IMG/VR virus record: IMGVR_UViG_3300032272_000039
Location: 1-39,324 of that record
Reading direction: 5' to 3' (one strand)
Length of the DNA: 39,324 nt
Source: a virus
Taxonomy: Duplodnaviria; Caudoviricetes
Both the position numbers and the translations under genes were made by a program. Position 1 is the first letter of the stretch, and each line of letters begins with the position of its first letter. The notes beneath the pieces are model-generated. The model had not been told where the DNA came from, ran no database searches, and worked only from the letters and a program-made list of their open reading frames with translations. Positions 1 to 8,132 of the stretch are shown here, piece after piece.

Positions 1-186
1 CGGTATCAAAGCCCTCTACCTTCACAAGTTCACCAGCAACGAAGGAGCCGAATCCGCTGCCGCTGTCGTCAATTGTGTTTCCGGTGGAATCGGCTGAAAT
101 CGTGGTTGCTGTTACGGGAGAAGCAGGAGTTGAGAAGGTGCTTCCAAATGCTGCCTCCAAAAGATCCTCATACGTATTGTAAGAGA
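1..186. repeat. Terminal direct repeat, copy 1 (circular assembly overlap)
   Basis: 1-186 equals 39139-39324 except at 29/39167 (T/C) and 59/39197 (G/T). It lies inside the tail tube ORF, which reads in frame across the join. Confidence 0.97.
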
Positions 187-400
187 GCTCAAAAGGAGTA
201 TCCCCGGCGCCTTGCTTGTTGCCGTGTCTGGAGTCTCGAATCCCTCTGTCTGAGTAAAGCTCAGCCGAGGCAATTTCGGTCTTCGTCATTCCAAGCGTGT
301 TTCCAGTGTTTCGAAAATAGCTGAATGCGGGAGATGTCGGAGTCGTGCCAAAGGTAGACTCTGCGATGTAGTACGTTGCGTGGCGTGAACTGTTGGCCAT
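1..400 (-). CDS. Major tail tube protein, 5' part (continues across the origin to 38387; about 383 aa in total)
   Basis: ATG at 400 gives MANSSRHATYYIAESTFGTTPTSPAF...ELSYNTYEDLLEAAFGSTF, in frame with ORF 38387-39298 (400+752=1152 nt). It lies between the tail terminator and the tail chaperone. Confidence 0.9.
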   Translation of the reverse strand, partial: MANSSRHATYYIAESTFGTTPTSPAFSYFRNTGNTLGMTKTEIASAELYSDRGIRDSRHGNKQGAGDTPFELSYNTYEDLLEAAFGSTFSTPASPVTATTISADSTGNTIDDSGSGFGSFVAGELVKVEGFDT

Positions 401-422
401 TTTTTTTCCTTCTTTTTAGTGA

Positions 423-869
423 TTAAGCGCGGGAAATCCTAGCTTCCCAAGTGATTGATACCGTTTGTCGGTAATTCTGATCTACTCGCCCACCACTGGA
501 AGGAGATACTGAAATTGAAACTACCGAGGTAGTGCCTGACGTAAACTTACGGCCAGCTTTGAAATATCGTCTGATTTCCTCGTATTTTGCAAGAGCGGAT
601 TGTCTGCCCGCCCCAAGAGGGTAATTGAGATCAACCTGAAATACTCCGTTCGCTACGTCGTCGCCCTGATCTCCAAGCCCTACGGGAGTCATCGGACCGG
701 GTAGCATAAAGGTTACGATCCAGGGAGTACCATTAGGAGGATCGCTCTCGAAATTCTCGCTGAAAACGTAGTCGTTCCCAAGCCCTGCACCGTATTCAGT
801 ATCCAAGAAAGCACCATCAGCAAAGGCTGTGTTAATGGCTGTATCTACATCTAAGTAAGTCTGTGTCAT
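423..869 (-). CDS. Tail terminator-like protein
   Basis: 148 aa with ENFESDPPNGTPW and GVFQVDLNYPLGAG motifs; directly upstream of the tail tube gene. Confidence 0.75.
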   Translation of the reverse strand: MTQTYLDVDTAINTAFADGAFLDTEYGAGLGNDYVFSENFESDPPNGTPWIVTFMLPGPMTPVGLGDQGDDVANGVFQVDLNYPLGAGRQSALAKYEEIRRYFKAGRKFTSGTTSVVSISVSPSSGGRVDQNYRQTVSITWEARISRA

Positions 870-1318
870 TTATTTACCCTCGCTGCCTCTCTCGCGATCA
901 GATTTGAGAATCTGGCGATGTTCTGGCGAACCATTCCACTCGGTGCCTGTTTTGAGTAAATGCCCCCTGCTCCTTGAACCGTCTTTGGCCCGACTCCCGG
1001 ATACTCCCCAAACTCAAGAGCTGAGATGTAGGGCAAATTGTTCGAGAAATAGATAGTGTCTTCCATCTCGGAAGGTCTCAGCTTTTCCGCTGATCTCCTT
1101 AGCGGTGCCTGTCCCTTTGGAGCGTTGGCCTGATTATCTAAGCTTACGTTATTAATTCCGGTATTCCACGCTCCCCTAGCTCTGCCCTCAGCAACGGGAG
1201 TGCTCTTAATGACCGCCCCGAAGAGCTTCAGCAAAACGCCATCGCGAACCCGCTTAGGATTCGCGTTGCTTCCGGCCTTACCGATAACCCAAGTATTGAC
1301 CTGACTTGAAAAGCTCAT
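866..1318 (-). CDS. Neck/tail-completion protein (HK97 gp10-like)
   Basis: TPVAEGRARGAW, NNLPYISALEFG and SKQAPSGMVR motifs; synteny. Confidence 0.8.
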   Translation of the reverse strand: MSFSSQVNTWVIGKAGSNANPKRVRDGVLLKLFGAVIKSTPVAEGRARGAWNTGINNVSLDNQANAPKGQAPLRRSAEKLRPSEMEDTIYFSNNLPYISALEFGEYPGVGPKTVQGAGGIYSKQAPSGMVRQNIARFSNLIAREAARVNK

Positions 1319-1701
1319 GCTTTGATGATTCCCATCTTGTAGATCACTACTGTTCCCGCTGGAGAGATCGGTGTAACGCCTGGCACGATTTCCCAGGTCT
1401 CATTCTCGAAATTAAGCTTATTACCCGGCACAACATCGGCAGGAGCGTTTTTGCCCTCCATGATCACGTAACGCATTGAGCCGCGAACAACGCCGCTCTC
1501 TTTGTACATCTCATCAAGAAACTTCGAATTAGAAAGAATCGCCGCTCTGACCGTGGAAACTTGATTCTGCTGGCCTGTTACTGATCCCGTCGCATTGTCC
1601 CGCGTTCCGGCTGTCGTCTGGATCAATTGAACATCTCGGCCGAACTTATTCAAAAGCCCTAGAGCTGTATTCTGAGCTTTTCTGTAGCTGAATACTGCCA
1701 T
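1315..1701 (-). CDS. Head closure/stopper protein
   Basis: 128 aa starting YRKAQNTALGLLNKFGR; between the adaptor and neck genes. Confidence 0.7.
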   Translation of the reverse strand: MAVFSYRKAQNTALGLLNKFGRDVQLIQTTAGTRDNATGSVTGQQNQVSTVRAAILSNSKFLDEMYKESGVVRGSMRYVIMEGKNAPADVVPGNKLNFENETWEIVPGVTPISPAGTVVIYKMGIIKA

Positions 1702-2204
1702 TAGATTCGAATCAAAGATCCAGTGCCTCCAAAGGTCTTGAAAAGTGGGTCAAGCAAGGCGTTCACCTTCGCAAAGATCGGCTGAAGATTCACTACGCCG
1801 TTATCTGAGTATTGGACTTCCAGAACATCGACCTTCTCTTTAACAATCGCTTGGCCGTCGTTCACGTTGTAGATGTCCACCGTCGAAGAGTCGAAGGTAA
1901 GCTGCGCCTGAGCGTCTTTAAGCTGCTGGGGGATCTCTGTTGAGGTGATCGAGTATGAATAGACCTCTACCCAAGAGCGAGGCCACACAAGCGCCTGAGC
2001 GTCACTATTCTTCGTCCCCTGGTATCGTTCAGCTTGAGCCTCCAGCCAATCTTTAGCCTGGATGATGCGGCCCGTCTTGGCGTCGTCTGATCCGGCATCC
2101 GTCAAACCTCGTTCGTCAAGGTAGGTGTTATACTCGGCAAGCGTGATGTACGTGTTAGAATTCGTCTTTCCGGTGCCGTCTTCTTCGATTAAAGTTGCTG
2201 CCAT
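1701..2204 (-). CDS. Head-tail adaptor (DnaT-like ssDNA-binding family annotation)
   Basis: EDGTG...NTYIT, QALVWPR, IPQQLKDAQAQL and KEKVDVLEVQY motifs. ATG 2204 preferred over TTG 2213, which lies in the terminator U-tract. Confidence 0.8.
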   Translation of the reverse strand: MAATLIEEDGTGKTNSNTYITLAEYNTYLDERGLTDAGSDDAKTGRIIQAKDWLEAQAERYQGTKNSDAQALVWPRSWVEVYSYSITSTEIPQQLKDAQAQLTFDSSTVDIYNVNDGQAIVKEKVDVLEVQYSDNGVVNLQPIFAKVNALLDPLFKTFGGTGSLIRI

Positions 2205-2211
2205 TTCGCCC

Positions 2212-2240
2212 AAAAAGCCGTCTCCTTTGAGGGAGACGGC
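2212..2240 (-). terminator. Intrinsic terminator after the major capsid gene
   Basis: Minus strand reads GCCGTCTCC-CTCAAA-GGAGACGGC-TTTTT: 9-bp stem plus U-tract, 30 nt after the capsid stop. Confidence 0.85.
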
Positions 2241-2270
2241 AGATTATGAATAATAACGAAGAAATTCGTT

Positions 2271-3443
2271 CTAGCCCTTGATCGTGTTGACCAAATACTC
2301 GTTCCAAACCTTCACTCCGGCGAACGCTTGAACTCGCAAGAGCTGCATTCCTTCACCTGGGTAGATCGAGTAAGCGTAAGTGATCCCGGCGACATCATCG
2401 GTGATGGTATCGTGGAGGATCGCTTTGTCTTGGCCCAAATCTGGAGCGCGTGAGGCGAGTTCTGCCGCTTCCGCATTGAATGCGATGTTCGGCGTGTAAG
2501 TTGCCTGAATCGTGATTGCGTTGTTGTCAGCGATTGCGACCAAAACGCCAGGACCGCCAATTGTGATCGTGCCCGATGTCGCAAGGAGTGCCGTGCTTGT
2601 TACGACATACTCGTTCACCGTGTCGGCAGCAAACTTGATCACGTCGCCAGGCTGGATTCCGGTTGTGTTAACCGTACCGCCATCTACAGCAATCGAGGTA
2701 TCACCAACTGACAATGCACCGTTCACGAGGTAGCCTGTTCCTGCTCCCTTTGTGTGTGATACGATTCCGGCAGACTCACGAAGAGCAAAACCGTTTACGT
2801 CGATGAGAACACCACTGCGGAAGAGATCCTGATCGGCTGGCTGGCGTCCTGATTGGATACCGAGCAACTTACGAACATTTGCACCTGCTGCGGTATTCAT
2901 TACAACTGAGTTCATTCCGTCGTAACGATTGCCACCATTATCAACGAGGATCTTCATGGAGTCCTCAAGTAGATCAGTGTTGGATGCGAAGGGAGTCGTT
3001 CCGGCTGTACCAATAGCACGAGAAGAGCCTTGAGCCAGCTTTAGAGCTACATCGGCTTCGAGCTGATTACGCATACCGCGCAAGCCCTTCATGATGCGGC
3101 GTTGTAGCTGAGTCATTCCACCCAAGCCGACATTATCAGCATGGCGCATTTGCTCAGGAAGGATCGATGCTTCGAACTTAAGATAAGTGTCGAGCGCGAA
3201 AGTGTCCTTCGTGTCTGAATCATCAGGACCATCAGAAGAGCTCATCTTTGGAGTGTAGGAGCTGGATTTTGTGATGGTCACATCTCCAGTGACAACGCTC
3301 TCGACCGAAGATCCAAAGGATGCAGTCGTTACGTTCGATTTGTTACGCTCAATTGCGTTAAGGAAACCAACCGGCTCTTGCTGGATACGCTCCATAGAGC
3401 TGTACATGGTTTCGATGAGGGTGTCTGTGCTAGTGTTAGCCAT
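2271..3443 (-). CDS. Major capsid protein (P22 coat-like, with insertion domain)
   Basis: 390 aa after the scaffold gene; SSRAIGTAGTTPFAS and YTPNIAF motifs; Gly/Thr-rich insertion GTGYLVNGALSVGDTSIAVDGG; followed by a terminator. Confidence 0.85.
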   Translation of the reverse strand: MANTSTDTLIETMYSSMERIQQEPVGFLNAIERNKSNVTTASFGSSVESVVTGDVTITKSSSYTPKMSSSDGPDDSDTKDTFALDTYLKFEASILPEQMRHADNVGLGGMTQLQRRIMKGLRGMRNQLEADVALKLAQGSSRAIGTAGTTPFASNTDLLEDSMKILVDNGGNRYDGMNSVVMNTAAGANVRKLLGIQSGRQPADQDLFRSGVLIDVNGFALRESAGIVSHTKGAGTGYLVNGALSVGDTSIAVDGGTVNTTGIQPGDVIKFAADTVNEYVVTSTALLATSGTITIGGPGVLVAIADNNAITIQATYTPNIAFNAEAAELASRAPDLGQDKAILHDTITDDVAGITYAYSIYPGEGMQLLRVQAFAGVKVWNEYLVNTIKG

Positions 3444-3458
3444 TTTTTATGCGGTGTT

Positions 3459-4205
3459 TTAAGTTAAGTTGATGCCCTCTTTGATGAGGGATTTTCTCTC
3501 AGATTCCGGTTTTGCCAGAAAGTCAGAGCGCTTCATTGTTGTGCCGGTAGCACCGCCACCTTTACCATTTGAGCCATCAGCACCGCCGCCGCTCCCTTTG
3601 CTTCCAACAATAATGCTGGAAAAAGATTTGTCGTTGTAGAATTCATTTCGCAAATCGTCAAGACTCAAAGCACTTGGCTTACCATCTTGCGACAAGACTC
3701 TGGTTGATGCCCCATTCTCTCCTATCTCGCTTTTAAGGCGTTTTTGGATGTGGGGGAGGATAACAGCCGCGTTTTCGCCTGCGAGGTTTGCAGCGAGCTT
3801 GTGGGCTTCCTGGTTAACCGTGAGGTCAGAAATCATTCCGTCACGCCTTTTTATTTCGGCCTGAAGCGATTCCTGAAGCTTCTCCCTCTGTTCGATGTGA
3901 CTCTTTTCGATTGCCTCCCAATCGCCCGACTTCTTAGCGGCGTCGAGTTCAAGCTGTCGCTTCTGCTCTGCGATGGCGTCTCTTTCAGCCTTTCGCTCAT
4001 CCTCCAAAGACTTCAAGCGCTCGGTGAGGCTTTCGAGTTCTGCGGATTTCTCCTGCTTTGAGTCTTTTTCTCTTTGCTTCGCTCTCAAGAGAGCATCTGG
4101 CGTTTGAAAGTTGTACTTTCCGGACTCTTCATCCTTCGCGTACATGCCTTGATAAGGTTCATCGATCCCGTCTAGGGAATCCGTTACTAACGGTAGGTTT
4201 TCCAT
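3459..4205 (-). CDS. Capsid scaffolding protein
   Basis: Charged coiled coil, ILPHIQKRL motif and Gly-rich C-terminus (GSKGSGGGADG); directly upstream of the capsid gene. Confidence 0.85.
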   Translation of the reverse strand: MENLPLVTDSLDGIDEPYQGMYAKDEESGKYNFQTPDALLRAKQREKDSKQEKSAELESLTERLKSLEDERKAERDAIAEQKRQLELDAAKKSGDWEAIEKSHIEQREKLQESLQAEIKRRDGMISDLTVNQEAHKLAANLAGENAAVILPHIQKRLKSEIGENGASTRVLSQDGKPSALSLDDLRNEFYNDKSFSSIIVGSKGSGGGADGSNGKGGGATGTTMKRSDFLAKPESERKSLIKEGINLT

Positions 4206-4244
4206 ATTTCAGTATTTATTGAAAGTTCTGTTGATTTGTCAAAA

Positions 4245-4667
4245 CTAGACTTCTACTCCGGCCCTCTCGAATACCTCCGGCGCCTTGGCTTGCATCTCGT
4301 CGAGCGTGAGAGGTTCAAAGTTGCGGTTGAGATTCAGCTTTGCGAATTCGTCAGCGCTCAAGCCTCCATTGCGAAGGAGATTGCCCCTCGTCTTCCCTAT
4401 TGCTGAATCCTGGAATCCCTTTGGCTGCTTCTTGAGCCATGAGTAATAAGTCTCATTCGCATCGACTGGACCGTCTACGCTCGCCCTCGTCGCTCCCTCA
4501 TCTAGGAAATCAAGGGATTCGTCGAGAACTGGAACTGTCGTTGATCTACAATTGTGTGTCACGAATCCATCGCAAATAAAAGTCTCATCGCCATCAACGG
4601 ACAAGTTGTAGACTTTTCCATTGTAACTCTCCTCTACAGTCGTTTTGATAGTCACGGTACTAAACAT
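4245..4667 (-). CDS. Minor head protein (gpF/SPP1 gp7-like) C-terminal half fused to Int-C of a split intein
   Basis: MFSTVTIKTTVEESYNGKVYNLSVDGDETFICDGFVTHN|CRSTTVP contains intein blocks F and G and Cys+1, followed by the gpF-type GATRAS...TYYSWLKKQP...Q..G.TR. Start at ATG 4667 (39-aa Int-C) is inferred; the ORF is open to 4742. Confidence 0.85.
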   Translation of the reverse strand: MFSTVTIKTTVEESYNGKVYNLSVDGDETFICDGFVTHNCRSTTVPVLDESLDFLDEGATRASVDGPVDANETYYSWLKKQPKGFQDSAIGKTRGNLLRNGGLSADEFAKLNLNRNFEPLTLDEMQAKAPEVFERAGVEV

Positions 4668-5591
4668 GACACTAAAAACATTAAATCTATGAAGAAGAAC
4701 ATCAGCGATGAGACGATAAAGGAACTTATTAAAATTGAGCATTATCAGAATGGTAAAAGCTTAAGACGGATTGAGCGTGAAAACTCCCTTTCAAATGATA
4801 CCATAAGAAAGAGGTGTATTAAAATGGGTATTGAAACAAAAAGCAGAATCAAATCCATAAACGATAATATGAAGTATGTCGATGTTCCAAGTGGAGATAA
4901 CCACTGGATATCAAAAAGGCCAGAAGACGGCAAGAAACTAGCATTGATACACTCTAAGAGAATGAAGAGCAACAATCCTTCGAACGATTCTGAAATATTG
5001 ATACGCATAGCGAAATCTAAAGCTAAGACATATTCACAAAACCCAACGCCACATGAACTTATGTTTAAGGAATTTCTGAAATCTGAAAAAATTCCGTTTG
5101 ATTTTCAATACCGTGTTGATCGCTTTATATCTGATTTCAGAATATCCAACTGCCTTATCGAGCTTGATGGAAGAGGCCATGGCTCCAGGAAGCCTACTGA
5201 CATCGTAAGAGATAAGTTTCTCTGTGGTCTTGGTTGGAATGTTGTGAGAATTGATCAGGATAACATGTTCAATAAAAGGAGCAAAAAACCTGTTTTTAAT
5301 GCAAAAAAACTTATGCAGGTTCTTGAAGAGTACATCTCCTGGATTGATGTCTCCCGCTCGCTTCCAGCCACCCTTAGCACTAAGCATAGGGTGATCGTCC
5401 GTCAAAGATATACTTCTTCCGAAGCCATCCACTAACTTCAGTACTTTCTCATCTGGATGCCTATCTCTGCTCATGACAGCAGTTACGGGCATCCATCTTC
5501 CCATGTGCGTAAGCACCAAGTCCCCGACCATGATATTCTCTATGGGAATCTTGCCCCGATTAGAGGTGATTAATCCCCCTTGTGCTATAGC
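4551..5591 (-). mobile_element. Split intein plus antisense endonuclease inserted at HYN|CRS of the minor head gene
   Basis: 1041 nt (347 codons) between PPIHYN and CRST. Block A AIAQGGLI, block B LTDDHPML, block F VYNLSV, block G FVTHN. Five in-frame stops lie between the halves. Confidence 0.9.
4689..5435 (+). CDS. Putative homing endonuclease, Vsr/DUF559-like PD-(D/E)XK nuclease with N-terminal HTH-like region
   Basis: PTPHE...FQYRVDRFISDF...LIELDGRGH...DIVRDKFLCGLGWNVVRI motif series; HTH-like GKSLRRIERENSLSNDTIRKRC; AT-rich. ATG 4689 is the likely start (track ORF starts at 4554). Confidence 0.85.
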   Translation: MKKNISDETIKELIKIEHYQNGKSLRRIERENSLSNDTIRKRCIKMGIETKSRIKSINDNMKYVDVPSGDNHWISKRPEDGKKLALIHSKRMKSNNPSNDSEILIRIAKSKAKTYSQNPTPHELMFKEFLKSEKIPFDFQYRVDRFISDFRISNCLIELDGRGHGSRKPTDIVRDKFLCGLGWNVVRIDQDNMFNKRSKKPVFNAKKLMQVLEEYISWIDVSRSLPATLSTKHRVIVRQRYTSSEAIH

Positions 5592-6356
5592 GTTGTAATG
5601 AATTGGCGGAACAGGACCCTGCCCTACAATATACCTATTATTACTGAGCGAGCGACACTGACTGGACGTTCTGCCATCGAGCGTCGAAACCCATTCGTAT
5701 TTTTCAATTATGTCAGAATTGGCGTTCCATGTCTGCTCTCTTGATCTCTGAGAAACGTGCTGCGTTGCGGTTCTGACCTGCGCTTCAATCCGTCTCTTTG
5801 CTTGCTGAGTGTAACCGTCGCTGTAGTTGGCGACTCTAGTTCCCCTGATTCGGCTTACCATCTGAGGGATCGTGAGCCCGTCTGAGTAACCGATTTGCAC
5901 GACGTTAACCAATTGGCTTTGCTCGTTCGCGGTCATCGTTGACCAAAACTTTTTCATAAAATTCCCCGTTGCTCTGATCGGCTGATTATTCGCGAACGAC
6001 ATCGCCGCTCCACTCGCAGGGGTCGCAACGGTTGCACCCTTCGTTACCGATTCAATCGCCTTCACCTCAAAGCCTGCCTGCTGCTCTGATAGCTTTGCGA
6101 GATCGACGTTGAGAGCTTCGACCTGATCGCCGATAGACTTGCCCGCAATAGCCCTGAGGTTAACCGTGAGCGCGTTGAGTTGCTTCTTGGTTAGTTGGTT
6201 CATGCGCTCAATATCAAGCGACATGACGGCGATTCCAGCGTCCCTTCCGAGCTTAACGATAACCTTTGTAAACTCATTAACCCGCCCGTTTTTGTAGCCC
6301 TCAAGAAATACTTGATTCCTAATCTCTATATCTTGGAGCTGTTCGTTTTGAGCCAT
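5034..6356 (-). CDS. Minor head protein N-terminal half (255-aa extein) fused to Int-N
   Basis: VRTATQHVS, WVSTLDGRTSSQCRSL and GPVPPIHYN motifs, then a Hint N-terminal region (IPIENIMVGDLVLTH, TDDHPM, GWKRAGDINPGD). Confidence 0.9.
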   Translation of the reverse strand: MAQNEQLQDIEIRNQVFLEGYKNGRVNEFTKVIVKLGRDAGIAVMSLDIERMNQLTKKQLNALTVNLRAIAGKSIGDQVEALNVDLAKLSEQQAGFEVKAIESVTKGATVATPASGAAMSFANNQPIRATGNFMKKFWSTMTANEQSQLVNVVQIGYSDGLTIPQMVSRIRGTRVANYSDGYTQQAKRRIEAQVRTATQHVSQRSREQTWNANSDIIEKYEWVSTLDGRTSSQCRSLSNNRYIVGQGPVPPIHYNAIAQGGLITSNRGKIPIENIMVGDLVLTHMGRWMPVTAVMSRDRHPDEKVLKLVDGFGRSISLTDDHPMLSAKGGWKRAGDINPGDVLFKNLHKFFCIKNRFFAPFIEHVILINSHNIPTKTTEKLISYDVSRLPGAMASSIKLDKAVGYSEIRYKAINTVLKIKRNFFRFQKFLKHKFMWRWVL

Positions 6357-6803
6357 TTAATTAAAAACCTTTTCCCAATTACTGAGAACCCATCCCAGGA
6401 CTAAAACCGCCATGCCGTAGTAAACGCCCATTTTCCACTGCTTCCGGTCGAGCTCTTCCAGCTTTTTTTTTTGATCAACCTGATCCCTCTTAAGGTCTTT
6501 CATTTGGTCAATGACGCCTGGCTGATCGTATTCAGGGTTTCCAGTGATAACGGTTTTGATGCTGTGCAATTCAACCGCCAATTTCTCCGTGTTCCTCGCT
6601 TGCTCATCCTGAGTGTCTTTGATTTCTTTCACTAGTTCAAAAAGCGTTCCGAATCTTTTATCATTCTTTTTGTCGCCTTCGCCTACTAGGTAAAGAATTG
6701 CTGAGAGAGCATCCGCGTTGTCGTGGTCGCTGTCTCTTATATTTGCCAGCGTTTTCTCGTACTGGCCTTTTACGGTCTTTGGTAAGTCACTCATGGTAAA
6801 CAC
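6357..6803 (-). CDS. Coiled-coil protein with a C-terminal transmembrane helix (possible holin/lysis accessory)
   Basis: Heptad-rich body and hydrophobic tail MGVYYGMAVLVLGWVL. Function inferred only; start could be ATG 6794. Confidence 0.55.
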   Translation of the reverse strand: MFTMSDLPKTVKGQYEKTLANIRDSDHDNADALSAILYLVGEGDKKNDKRFGTLFELVKEIKDTQDEQARNTEKLAVELHSIKTVITGNPEYDQPGVIDQMKDLKRDQVDQKKKLEELDRKQWKMGVYYGMAVLVLGWVLSNWEKVFN

Positions 6804-6807
6804 TCAA

Positions 6808-7287
6808 TCAAAATTTATGCTTCATTGGTCTTCCTGCAAGATAGAACCACGCCACATTTGACGCAAACGAATACATGAATGGGAAAAGGGCGACGTGCCT
6901 TGCTGTCGATAAGGGGATCTCTGGAATCACGTACTCAGTGAGTTTCGCTTTATCGAAAGAGAACCATGCGAAGAAACCTTGATCCTTTGGCACGAAGAAG
7001 TGAATGCAGACATCGGAGAGCATCGGCAGAACAAGCGGAGAAACCACGATGAAGACGCAAGTCACGGCGAACATCCGGTAAATCCAAGGACCGCCGAGAT
7101 TGCTCAACTCTGAAGCGGATTGCCTGATCAATTGCCACCTCGTAAGCTCCAGCGCATCTTTCTCCTTTTGTGCCTGCTGGGAACGTGCGAGGGCTGAAGT
7201 CACCATGCCGAGCAACCGCATACCGACCTGAGCGCCTGCGCCTGCGCCTCCTAATGCTGCGACTGTTCCAATGGTTCCTAAATCCAT
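6808..7287 (-). CDS. Membrane protein (holin candidate)
   Basis: 159 aa with two to three hydrophobic segments and a short basic C-terminus. Confidence 0.55.
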   Translation of the reverse strand: MDLGTIGTVAALGGAGAGAQVGMRLLGMVTSALARSQQAQKEKDALELTRWQLIRQSASELSNLGGPWIYRMFAVTCVFIVVSPLVLPMLSDVCIHFFVPKDQGFFAWFSFDKAKLTEYVIPEIPLSTARHVALFPFMYSFASNVAWFYLAGRPMKHKF

Positions 7288-7362
7288 ATCAAAAGCCTAA
7301 GGCACCTCTACGTGGTCTGGTATGGTTGATTTGATTGTGCTCATAATTCGGAGAGGTCCATT

Positions 7363-8100
7363 TTAAAAAGGGAACGCCGCCGACAGGTAATCTTGCAGGT
7401 CGGATCTCTGTTGAGCGGTTAGGTCTGCCTCGCAAACAATAAGAGAGCCCATTATTCCGTTAAAATATTCGACCGCACCTCCTCCGCTATTTAACCCGCT
7501 CCCAATATAGGTCGCGTTATCGACTAGGTTGGGGGTTGTTGTGTTGGTTGAGCCTGAGGACTGGGCCACGTTATCGAACCACATTTCTCCCTCGTCGTAC
7601 TGGTCGCCAGACTCCCGCTGTCCCGACACGATTAAATCACCAGTTCCTAAGCTTGTAAAAACCTGAGATCCATTATTATAGCGATAGGACCCGTCAGTTG
7701 CGACGGCTATGTTTTTACCCGCATTGGTGCCTGAGGATTCGCCCACATGGATGAATCTATCATTATCATCGTTGACATCACACTTAAGAACAGCAGCAAA
7801 GAAAAAATCAGGGTTTCCGGTAAGTCCTAGTGCATCCGATCGCTCCATTTTATTTGATCCGGAAAAATCAAGTCCGTTGACTCCGCCAATCGTTCGGGTG
7901 CCCGTCGTTGGTCTACTCGACCCGCTCGCCGTCACGTGGTTTCCATTTCCGCTCTTGTCATCCCACTGACTAACTAACCCGCTCGATTCAGTTATTGTCG
8001 ATGCGTCTGAAGCATCCAGCCAGAGCAGGAGATTCGGCAGATCCAGCGGGGTGAACGCCCCGCCCGTAAATCTATAAGGATTAACATAAATCGTGCTCAT
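7363..8100 (-). CDS. LamG/concanavalin-like virion accessory protein
   Basis: LLLWLDASDASTIT...VSQWDDKSGNGNH, YFNGIMGSLIV and LQDYL motifs. Start set at ATG 8100 (MSTIYVNPYRF). Confidence 0.75.
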   Translation of the reverse strand: MSTIYVNPYRFTGGAFTPLDLPNLLLWLDASDASTITESSGLVSQWDDKSGNGNHVTASGSSRPTTGTRTIGGVNGLDFSGSNKMERSDALGLTGNPDFFFAAVLKCDVNDDNDRFIHVGESSGTNAGKNIAVATDGSYRYNNGSQVFTSLGTGDLIVSGQRESGDQYDEGEMWFDNVAQSSGSTNTTTPNLVDNATYIGSGLNSGGGAVEYFNGIMGSLIVCEADLTAQQRSDLQDYLSAAFPF

Positions 8101-8132
8101 ATACTCTTCGTGTACATTGAGGATTGGCGGGA

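Noticed and set aside
4745-5008. 87-aa minus-strand ORF as a gene or a double-frameshift bridge between the intein halves
   Set aside because: It is a hydrophobic antisense shadow of the Lys-rich nuclease, and bridging would need two unsupported frameshifts.
4761-5036. Stop-codon readthrough or a recoded genetic code making the intein contiguous
   Set aside because: All three stop types occur in the gap, and all three end genes elsewhere in the genome.
4551-5591. Group I or II intron as the interruption
   Set aside because: The boundaries match intein blocks A and G exactly and I saw no intron core motifs; an Rfam search would settle it.
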